From an uncultured delta proteobacterium (GTDB lineage Bacteria > Desulfobacterota > Binatia > UBA9968): a DNA stretch of 64,000 bases. Made by a program: the position numbers and the translations under genes. Where the stretch lies: assembly GCA_963745035.1 (NCBI GenBank), contig CAVUVW010000004.1, positions 7,425 to 71,424 on the forward strand. The letters run 5' to 3'. Shown here one piece after another: positions 56,634-64,000 of the stretch. Below the pieces are notes generated by a model that was given only the letters and a program-made list of their open reading frames with translations, did no database searches and was not told the origin of the DNA. Each line of letters starts with the position of its first letter. The stretch's first letter is position 1.

Positions 56634-57800
56634 ATGCTGACGCGCGAAGAAAACGAAATGCTGACGAGGGTGGGGCCGAGTACTCCAGCCGGTGATTTGC
56701 TGCGGCGCTACTGGTTTCCGGTCGGGGTTGCGAGCGAGCTCACCGAAGGAGAATCCAACCCAGATTGTCCGCATTCTCGGCGAAACGCTGGTACTCTTCC
56801 GCGACAAATCGGGGAATGTCGGATTGATCGATGATCGCTGCGCGCATCGCGGCGCGTCGCTTTGCTACGGCAGGGTCGAAAAGCGCGGCATCGCGTGCCC
56901 GTATCACGGCTGGCTTTATGATACCAAGGGCAACTGCCTGGAGACTCCGGCCGAGCCGGCAAGCAGCAAATTCCATCTCACAGTTAAACAGAAAGCCTAT
57001 CCGGTGCAGAAATTGGTCGGGCTCTATTGGACCTACATGGGGCCGAGCCGGCGCCGCTGATCACCAACTTCGATATCTGGTTTCGCAAAGATGGACGGCG
57101 CAAAATTTTTATCCAGCCCCAGCTCGACTGCAATTGGTTTCAGGCGATGGAAAACTCCGTTGATCCGGCGCACTTGCAAATTCTTCATCAAGAGACCGCC
57201 GGGCGCGGGCGCGCCGTGGCGGATAGCACGCGCGGCCTCACCGACGACGTCGCGAATTTCGATTTCTACGAAGTTTCCTACGGCATCATGAAGCGGCGCA
57301 CCTATAAAAACGGCATGATCGACGAGCACCCGCTGATTTTCCCCAACATCTTGCGCCAGGGAAACGTCGGCCAGATCCGCGTGCCGATGGACGATACCCA
57401 CACCAAAGTTTACTTCGTCAGGTTCTTTCCCAGCGAGGACGGTGAGATCATCGAAAACGACGAGCCACCGGCGGAATATCTCGCGCCGTACAAAAACCCA
57501 CCCGATGCGCTGCATCCCTATACGAAATTCCGTATGGACTGCGTGCAGGCGCAGGATCACATGGCCTGGGAAACCCAGGGTCCGATCGCAGATAGGACGC
57601 GCGAGCGCCTGGCGACCACCGACCGCGGTATCATCATGCTGCGCGAAGTCATGTTCCGCGAGATGAAAAAATTGCGCGCGGGGCAGGATCCGATGGGCGT
57701 GATCCGCGATCCCGGCAAGAATCCATTCATCGATACGCACTTGCTGGAATCGATCGAGCAAGGGGTCATGGATCGCGCACCCTACGCCGTCAATCAGTAA
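56634..57800 (+). pseudogene. Rieske oxygenase A4 (paralogue of A3), 2 frame breaks
   Basis: MLTREENEMLTRVGPSTPAGDLLRRYWFPV switches near 56750 to CAHRGASLCYGRVEKRGIACPYHGW..YMGP. A second switch near 57045 leads to ..ENSVDPAHLQILH and on to the end. Confidence 0.8.
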
Positions 57801-57972
57801 CGAATCCTCTGGCGTCTTCCGTTTAGAGGTTCGCCGGTCGTCTCTCTTTGGAGACCGCGCCTGTCCCGCTCGCAGATTTTCGCGTCATCAAGGTTTCTAG
57901 GAAAATCTTCCCTTGCCTTGGCGGAAGGCGGCGAATATGATCGCCGCGCATCCAGCAAAACGAGGAAAAATC

Positions 57973-58707
57973 ATGAGCGATCTCTCAAAATTGCGCGAGT
58001 TGGTGGCGCAGTCGTGCCGGGTGCTCGGCAAACTCAACTTGACCAAAGAACCGAGCGGCCACGTCAGCGCACGGGTGCCGGGCGAGGAGCGCGTGTTGAT
58101 CAAAGCGCGCGGCCCGGAGGAATCCGGCCTGCGCTTCGTCGGTGCGCGCGACATCATCACCGTCGATTTTAACGGTAAGAAAGTCGCCGGCGACGACGGC
58201 CTGGAGACGCCGCAGGAAGTATTCATCCACACTTGGCTTTACAAGACCCGTCCCGAAGTCCAGTGCGTCGTCCACGTCCATCCGCTGACCGTCGTGCTGT
58301 TCACGATTTGCGACAAACCGCTGCTGCCGCTCTACGGCGCTTACGATCCATCGGGTCTGCGGCTGCTCGTGGAAGGATTGGCGGAGTATCCGCGCAGCAT
58401 CACGGTGTCCAACGAAAATCTCGGCGAGGAGTTCGCCAAGGCGATGGGCGGCAAAGCGGCTTGTCTGATGCGCGGTCACGGCATCACCACCGCGGGCGCC
58501 GGAGTTGAGGAGGCAACGCTTACCGCGATCAAGCTCAACGATGCGGCCGAGATCAACTACCGCGCCGCGCTGCTCGGCACACCGCGGCCGATTCCGCCCG
58601 AGGATATCGAAATTCTCGCCGGCAGGACACGCCGCGACACGCGCTCGGTTCACAGCGTTTCCAACTGGCGCTACTACTGCAAGCTGCTCGACGAAGATCC
58701 GGTCTAA
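57973..58707 (+). CDS. class II aldolase/adducin-domain protein
   Basis: The ATG at 57973 lies within the longer track ORF. The motifs SGHVSARVPG, CVVHVHPLTVV (metal His) and LMRGHGITTAG are present. Confidence 0.8.
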   Translation: MSDLSKLRELVAQSCRVLGKLNLTKEPSGHVSARVPGEERVLIKARGPEESGLRFVGARDIITVDFNGKKVAGDDGLETPQEVFIHTWLYKTRPEVQCVVHVHPLTVVLFTICDKPLLPLYGAYDPSGLRLLVEGLAEYPRSITVSNENLGEEFAKAMGGKAACLMRGHGITTAGAGVEEATLTAIKLNDAAEINYRAALLGTPRPIPPEDIEILAGRTRRDTRSVHSVSNWRYYCKLLDEDPV

Positions 58708-58795
58708 CCGAGTCCTCATAGCAGCTTTTTGCGATTCACGTCGCGGCCAAGGACTTCAGAGGAATTTAATACCCCCATATTCGCTAACTCGCCCG

Positions 58796-60523
58796 ATGAC
58801 GATGCGGTCAACCGCTGCCGAAGCTGCCGGTCTCAAATTTCATTGGCGTCCGCAGGGCGCGGCGGAACTGCTCATGCTGGTTTTTTTCGCCACGGCGATG
58901 GGGCTGCCGTTGTTCTTTTTGCTCGCGGGCAGCTTCAACTTGTCGCCCCCCGGCGGGGAAGCGATTTACGGTCTTGGTAATTGGCTGCGCGCGTTCCACG
59001 ACGGCGCGACCATCGATGCGCTCTGGATGAGTTTCTTGCTTTCCGCCGTCCGGCTGGTGCCGGCGATGGCGATCGCGGTGATTTTCGCCTGGCTTATCGG
59101 GCGCACGGATATGCCCGGCGGAAACGCCATTGAATTCTTCTGCTGGCTCGCGTTTTTCATCCCCGATTTTCCCCTGACACTTGCTTGGATTTTGCTCCTC
59201 GATCCCAACTATGGTTTTCTGAACGCGCTCGCGCGCGGCTTGCCGTTCGTCGATGGACCGCTGTTCAATCCTTACAGCTTTTGGGGCATCGTCTGGGTGC
59301 ATACCTCGGCGGGCGGCATCTGGTTCAAGGTGATTCTCCTGACGCCGGTTTTCCGGCGGCTCGGCGCATCGTTGGAGGAAGCGGCGCGGGTCGCGGGCGC
59401 GGACACTTGGACCACACTCCGGCGGGTGACCCTGCCGCTGCTGGCGCCGATGATCTTGGCGGTTGCGGTCTTGAGCTTCATTCGCGGCCTGCAATCGTTC
59501 AACACCGAGCTGCTGCTGGGCACGCCGGCCGGCATCTACGTCTATTCGACGCGCATCTACGACTACATCCGCCGCGAGCCGGCTTCCTACGGCGAAGCGA
59601 CCGCGCTCGGCTCGATCTTCATCGTCATTCTCGGCATCCTGTTGTTTTCCTATTGGCGTTTTCTCGCGGCCAAGGGCAAGTTCGCGGTCATCACCGGGCA
59701 GGGCTACTCGGCCGCGCGCGTTAAGCTCGGCAAGTGGCGCGGCATTGCTTTGGCCGGCTGTCTTTTCTACTTGGCGGTCATGACCGTGTTGCCGCTGATT
59801 TTCCTAGTTGTCGGCTCGTTCATGCGCCGCTTTGGATTTTTTCATATCGCTTCGCCGTTTACCTTGGCGCACTGGCAGAATCTTTTGAGCGACGCGATTT
59901 TTCTCGTGGCGCTGAAAAACAGTTTGATCATTGCAACGGTGGCCGCCGCTGCCGGGATTTTGCTCTACTCCACCGTGGCCTACCTGTTGGCGTCGCGCCG
60001 GACGGTCGCGGGCGCGGTTTTGGAAGGACTCTGCTGGCTGCCGCACGTTCTGCCGGGCATCCTTTTAGGTTTGGGGGTGCTCTGGCTTTTTCTCGCCACC
60101 CCGCTGAGATTTTTTCTTTACGGCACCGTGTGGGGCATCGCCTTCGCGCTCATGCTGAGCGACAGTCCGGTGTCGACCCAGGCATTTCGCGCCGGATTTC
60201 TGCAATTGGGCGCCGATCTCGAAGAAGCCGCGCGCGTTGCGGGGGCGTCGTGGTGGTACACCTACCGGCGCATCTTGCTGCCACTGCTCGCGCCGATCGC
60301 CGGCGCGGTGGGCCTGATGAACTTCGGTGGCGCCTTGACCAGCATCAGCACTCCCGTGCTACTTTACAGCCACCAGTCGCGCCCGCTGGCGATTTTGCTC
60401 CTTGAATACAGCGTGACCGGAGAGTTGGAGCGCGGCGCTGCGCTGGGCTTGCTGATTACCGCCATGATCTGCGTAATGATGCTCGCCGGCCTCAAGCTCG
60501 GTCTGCGTTTGTCCGGGCTGTAG
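58796..60523 (+). CDS. fused two-domain ABC importer permease (2 x BPD_transp_1)
   Basis: The ATG at 58796 lies within the track ORF. There are about 12 TM helices. Two EAA loops are present (LEEAARVAGADTWTTLRRVTLPLLAP and LEEAARVAGASWWYTYRRILLPLLAP). Confidence 0.85.
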   Translation: MTMRSTAAEAAGLKFHWRPQGAAELLMLVFFATAMGLPLFFLLAGSFNLSPPGGEAIYGLGNWLRAFHDGATIDALWMSFLLSAVRLVPAMAIAVIFAWLIGRTDMPGGNAIEFFCWLAFFIPDFPLTLAWILLLDPNYGFLNALARGLPFVDGPLFNPYSFWGIVWVHTSAGGIWFKVILLTPVFRRLGASLEEAARVAGADTWTTLRRVTLPLLAPMILAVAVLSFIRGLQSFNTELLLGTPAGIYVYSTRIYDYIRREPASYGEATALGSIFIVILGILLFSYWRFLAAKGKFAVITGQGYSAARVKLGKWRGIALAGCLFYLAVMTVLPLIFLVVGSFMRRFGFFHIASPFTLAHWQNLLSDAIFLVALKNSLIIATVAAAAGILLYSTVAYLLASRRTVAGAVLEGLCWLPHVLPGILLGLGVLWLFLATPLRFFLYGTVWGIAFALMLSDSPVSTQAFRAGFLQLGADLEEAARVAGASWWYTYRRILLPLLAPIAGAVGLMNFGGALTSISTPVLLYSHQSRPLAILLLEYSVTGELERGAALGLLITAMICVMMLAGLKLGLRLSGL

Positions 60524-60546
60524 CGATCAAGCGCCTCGGAGGAAGC

Positions 60547-61638
60547 ATGAGAATGATCGCGTTGCTTTTTATCATGGTTGCGTCGATCGCGCCGGTATGG
60601 GCGCAAACCAAGGCGAGCGACAAGGACTGGAACGCGCTCGTGGAAGCGGCCAAGAAAGAAGGCAAGGTCGTGGTCGCCGGATCTCCCGATCCGGTGATGC
60701 GCAATGAAATCATTCCCAAGTTCAAAGAGCGCTACGGCGTCGCCGTCGAACTCCTCGCCGGCCGCTCGAGCGAGATCACCGCGCGGGTCAAAACCGAGCG
60801 GGGATCCGGAATCTACAGCGTCGACGTTTATCTCGCTGGACCGGACACGACGGCAGTCGTGCTCTACGGCGAGAGGATGATCGATCCGCTGCGGCCGCTG
60901 TTGGTCATGCCCGAAGTGGTGGACGGCACGAAATGGAAACGCGGCAAGGTCTGGTTCGCCGACCCGGAAGAGCGCTTCGCGGCGCGGCCGTTCAGCAGCG
61001 TGGCGACCATGCTGTTCATTAATACGGATCATGTGAAGCCCGAGGAAATGCGTTCGGCCAAGGATCTGCTCAATCCTAAGTGGCGGGGTAAAATTTCGGC
61101 TGAGGACCCGACCACCACCGGCTCAGGTTCGAACGCCGCGGCGCGGTTTTATCACGATCTCGGCGAAGAATTCGTGCGCAAACTCTATATCGAGCAAAAG
61201 ACCGTGCGCACTCGCGAGCGCCGGCAGATGTCGGACTGGCTCGCGCGCGGCACCCAGCCGATCTGCTTGAACTGCCGGGAAGACGACGTGCGACCGCTGG
61301 TTAAGGAGGGATTCAAGATCCTTGAAATTTTCGAACTGACCGATATGCCCGGCTCGGTCAACGGCTCGCCGTGGATGATCACCATCGCCAATCGAGCCCC
61401 GAATCCGAAAGCGGCGCAATTGTTCGCCAACTGGATTCTGTCGCGCGAGGGCCTTGGTATCTATGCGCGCGGCTACGGCTCGGTCAGCATGCGCACGGAC
61501 GTCGAGGAGAGCAATCTCAATCCGGGTAATCTGCCGAAGAAGGGCGTGAAATATTTCGACGACACCGATTGGAACTGGATTGTCACCGGACGCCATGAGT
61601 ATCGGGAGAAGGTCTGGCAGGTACTCAAATCGCGCTGA
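60547..61638 (+). CDS. periplasmic solute-binding protein, family 1 (FbpA/PotD-like)
   Basis: Signal peptide is MIALLFIMVASIAPVWAQ. The motifs KEGKVVVAGSPDPVMRNEIIPKFKERYGV and ISAEDPTTTGSG are present. Confidence 0.8.
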   Translation: MRMIALLFIMVASIAPVWAQTKASDKDWNALVEAAKKEGKVVVAGSPDPVMRNEIIPKFKERYGVAVELLAGRSSEITARVKTERGSGIYSVDVYLAGPDTTAVVLYGERMIDPLRPLLVMPEVVDGTKWKRGKVWFADPEERFAARPFSSVATMLFINTDHVKPEEMRSAKDLLNPKWRGKISAEDPTTTGSGSNAAARFYHDLGEEFVRKLYIEQKTVRTRERRQMSDWLARGTQPICLNCREDDVRPLVKEGFKILEIFELTDMPGSVNGSPWMITIANRAPNPKAAQLFANWILSREGLGIYARGYGSVSMRTDVEESNLNPGNLPKKGVKYFDDTDWNWIVTGRHEYREKVWQVLKSR

Positions 61639-61652
61639 GCGCGATTTGAAAC

Positions 61653-61694
61653 GTTCAAGCCGTTCAAATGGTTCAAGTCGTTCAAGCCGTGCGA
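61653..61694. repeat. array B: 4 x GTTCAA + 1 degenerate (GTGCGA) at exact 9-nt spacing, variable spacers
   Basis: Hexamers start at 61653, 61662, 61671, 61680 and 61689. The spacers are GCC, ATG, GTC and GCC. The array begins 14 nt after the SBP stop (itself inside the palindrome CGCGCTGAGCGCG) and ends 29 nt before the next ATG. Confidence 0.9.
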
Positions 61695-61723
61695 GCAACC
61701 ACGGAAAGAAAGGCGAAGGAGTT

Positions 61724-62659
61724 ATGGCTGCAAAAAAAATTCGTATTTACTACCGGGCGCCGAGCCACGTACCGCTGTGGAAGGTGATGGAAGCATGCGG
61801 CTTCATGGAAAAGCACGGCTTGGCGATGGAAATGGGCTCGCTCGAAGGGCAGCGCAAACGAGCGGCCGAAGGCCTCAAGGCGGGCGAGTTGGATATCGTC
61901 TCGGGCAATCATCACAATTTGTACGCGCGCAAAGCGCTGCACGGCGATCCGTACGTGCACATCGGGCAGAGCAATAATGCCTGGCGTGAGAATTTTTTAG
62001 TCTGCGGCAAAGGCATCAATGGCCTCGCGGACCTGAAAGACAAGCGCATCGCGATGGACGATTACGACGGTCATACGGGACTTAATGTCTGGCTCTATCT
62101 CAGACAGCACGGCTTGGAAGAGGGGCGCGACGTCGAGCTGGTCACCGATCCGGTGAAGGGCGCGGAGCGCGCGAAAGGCGTTATGGACGAAAAATACGAT
62201 GCCACCTTTATCCGCGCGGTGGACCGGCTGCGCGCGTTGAAATTCGGCGCGAAGATCGTCGAAGTCCCGCCCATGGCGATGATCGAAGGCGTGACACTCA
62301 CGACGACGACCACTTACGTGAAGAATCATGAGGGCGAAGCGCGCGCGTTGATTATGGCGATGATCGACGGCATTCATTTCTTTAAAACCAACAAGGCCGA
62401 TACGCTCGCGATCCTAAAAAAGCACTGCTCGCAGCTGCTCAAGATGCACGACGACGCGGAGTGGGATTGTTTTTACGAGACCCAATCCGAGACGCTGGAG
62501 AAAGCGCCGTATCCTTCCATCGAAGCGATTCAGAACGTCTTTGCCCTCGCCGTGAAGCGCGACCCGGAAATCAAGGAATTCAATCCGCTGGCGCTGTGGG
62601 ATCTCCACTATGTCAAAGAGATCGACGACAGCGGTTACATCCGACGACTGTATCAGTGA
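61724..62659 (+). CDS. leaderless (cytoplasmic) NMT1/THI5-fold protein
   Basis: The ATG follows GAAGGAG. The N-terminus MAAKKIRIYYRAPSHVPLWKVMEACGFMEKHGL has no signal peptide. An SBP-like layout follows (DLKDKRIAMDDYDGHTGLNVWLYL). Confidence 0.75.
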   Translation: MAAKKIRIYYRAPSHVPLWKVMEACGFMEKHGLAMEMGSLEGQRKRAAEGLKAGELDIVSGNHHNLYARKALHGDPYVHIGQSNNAWRENFLVCGKGINGLADLKDKRIAMDDYDGHTGLNVWLYLRQHGLEEGRDVELVTDPVKGAERAKGVMDEKYDATFIRAVDRLRALKFGAKIVEVPPMAMIEGVTLTTTTTYVKNHEGEARALIMAMIDGIHFFKTNKADTLAILKKHCSQLLKMHDDAEWDCFYETQSETLEKAPYPSIEAIQNVFALAVKRDPEIKEFNPLALWDLHYVKEIDDSGYIRRLYQ

Positions 62660-62727
62660 TCTGATGAGGGCGACCACCGGTCGGCCCTACGACCTTTGAA
62701 ACATTCTAAAAGATTCTGGAGGTTCTT

Positions 62728-63797
62728 GTGACCGTGACCGCTCAGCCGATCAATCTTTTTGACTTCGAGGAACTTGCCAAAGAACGGCTGCCTAAAGAGG
62801 AGTACGACTACATCGCAGGCGGCGCCACCGACGAGATCAGCGTCGACCGCAACCGGCGCGCGTACGCGTCCTGGGCGTTTCGCCCGCGGGTTTTGCGCGA
62901 CGTGAGCAAGCTCGATCTTTCGACGACTGTGCTGGGCACGAAAGTAAACTTGCCGGTGTTGATCGCGCCGTGCGGCGGGCATAAGCGCGCCCACCCGGAG
63001 GGAGAGTTGGCGACCTATCGCGCCGCGACGACATGCGGCACGGTGCTCGCCGTGAGCGCCAACTCCAACACGTCATTTGAAGATTTGGCGAATTCGGCAA
63101 AGGGTCATCTGTGGGTGCAGATGTATCCATTTCGCAACAAGGAGATGACCGAGGATTGGCTTAAGCGCGCCGCCGACAACGGCTACGAAGCGGTCATCGT
63201 CACCCTCGATTCGCAATGGCCGCCCAAGCGCGAGCGCAACATCCGCAACAACTACCGGCGCACCCGCGGCGTCAACTATCCGAAAACTGGTACCGAAACG
63301 CCGCGGCCGGCGGGACGCGCGGGAGAGGGCTCCGACCCCGCTGCTACCTGGCAGGATCTGGAGTGGATCAAAGAAAGCGGCGGACCTTCCCGTGGTCGCC
63401 AAAGGGCATCATGACCGGCGAAGACGTCGAGCTTTGCATCGAAGTCGGCGCCGACGGCGTGATCGTCTCAAATCACGGCGGCCGACATTTGGACAATACC
63501 CTGGCGACGATCGAAGTGTTGTCCGAGGCAGTCGCGGCGGCAAACGGAAAGTTGGAAGTTTATCTCGACGGCGGCATCCGCCGCGGCGCCGATGTCGTCA
63601 AAGCGATCGCGCTGGGAGCCAAGGCCGTGTTTATCGGCCGCCCGCTCTTCTGGGGGCTCGCGGTCGACGGAGACAAGGGCGTCATTCGTGTTCTCGATAT
63701 TCTCCGTGAAGAGATCGAGATCACCATGGCCAAGTGCGGGAGGCCGACGATCGCAAGCATCGATGCTTCCACCATCGTCAAGGCTCCGCGGTTGTAG
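62728..63797 (+). pseudogene. FMN-dependent alpha-hydroxy-acid dehydrogenase/oxidase (glycolate oxidase/L-lactate dehydrogenase family), 2 frame breaks about 30 nt apart
   Basis: The GTG follows CTGGAGG. NLFDFEELAKERLPKEEYDYIAGGA..TWQDLEWIKES switches to DLPVVAKG and then to IMTGEDV..VIVSNHGGRHLD..YLDGGIRRGADVVKAIALGA. Confidence 0.8.
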
Positions 63798-63928
63798 GCG
63801 TGATAGCTGCTAAACTCCCCTTAATCGCTTTGCATATGAGCGTCACGTCAAAAGCGCCATCGTTGTCGTACTCTCGAAGAGATTTTCGCTGACAGCGTAC
63901 GTTGACCGGGTGGGAAACAGTTTAAAGT

Positions 63929-64000
63929 ATGCACAGGAAACGTTTTCGCGCTCTGAGAAACATCGTGTTTGTGATCACCGGCGGGTTTGCGCTGTTGGTT
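63929..64000 (+). CDS. possible start of a membrane protein, cut by window end
   Basis: ATG 63929 reads MHRKRFRALRNIVFVITGGFALLV, a positively charged N-terminus followed by a hydrophobic helix. Only 24 codons are visible. Confidence 0.25.
   Translation, partial: MHRKRFRALRNIVFVITGGFALLV

Overview
GC-rich bacterial chromosomal window from a diderm organism (OmpA/Pal-type lipoprotein, MliC, an outer-membrane beta-barrel, sigma-54 activators). It looks like a draft or MAG-quality assembly. I found no rRNA, tRNA, CRISPR array or intact mobile element. All family calls rest on motifs read by eye from the ORF track and the DNA, with no database search. (1) 1-14 kb is a signalling island. It holds a 5'-truncated NtrC-like regulator, a decayed mobile-element scar, two tandem NarL-type regulators, an OmpA-like lipoprotein, kinase/receiver remnants, a 1381-aa MASE1-PAS-GAF-PAS3 sigma-54 activator and two sensor-less histidine kinases. 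(2) 14-31 kb holds envelope, stress and miscellaneous genes: a glycine-zipper protein, a DUF937/peptidoglycan-binding protein, DUF3597, an OM barrel, a HAD hydrolase, an arylsulfatase, MliC, two DUF1254/DUF1214 proteins, aqpZ and a CDF transporter. Two phospholipase-D-like gene remnants and AT-rich periodic repeat elements are interspersed. (3) 31.4-63.8 kb is the most interesting part. A divergent LysR regulator heads a 31-kb, about 30-gene, strictly co-directional cluster built from repeated modules. These comprise four alpha-only Rieske oxygenases, two UbiD-family decarboxylases, three split thiamine-diphosphate (ComDE-like) enzyme pairs and six NMT1-type binding proteins. Single-copy genes include a bicupin, an SDR, DapA-like, TenA/PqqC-like, a molybdo-hydroxylase large subunit, LigB-type dioxygenase, RraA-type aldolase, a class II aldolase, an FMN alpha-hydroxyacid dehydrogenase and a half ABC importer. 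No redox partner, UbiX or ABC ATPase is visible in the window. About two dozen reading-frame breaks are concentrated at 48.8-57.8 kb, whereas 41.3-48.8 kb has none, so this is either local gene decay or local assembly error. Two intergenic arrays of GTTCAA hexamers at exact 9-nt spacing, and inverted arrays of an 8-nt GTAAAAGA unit, are unexplained by any annotated feature.
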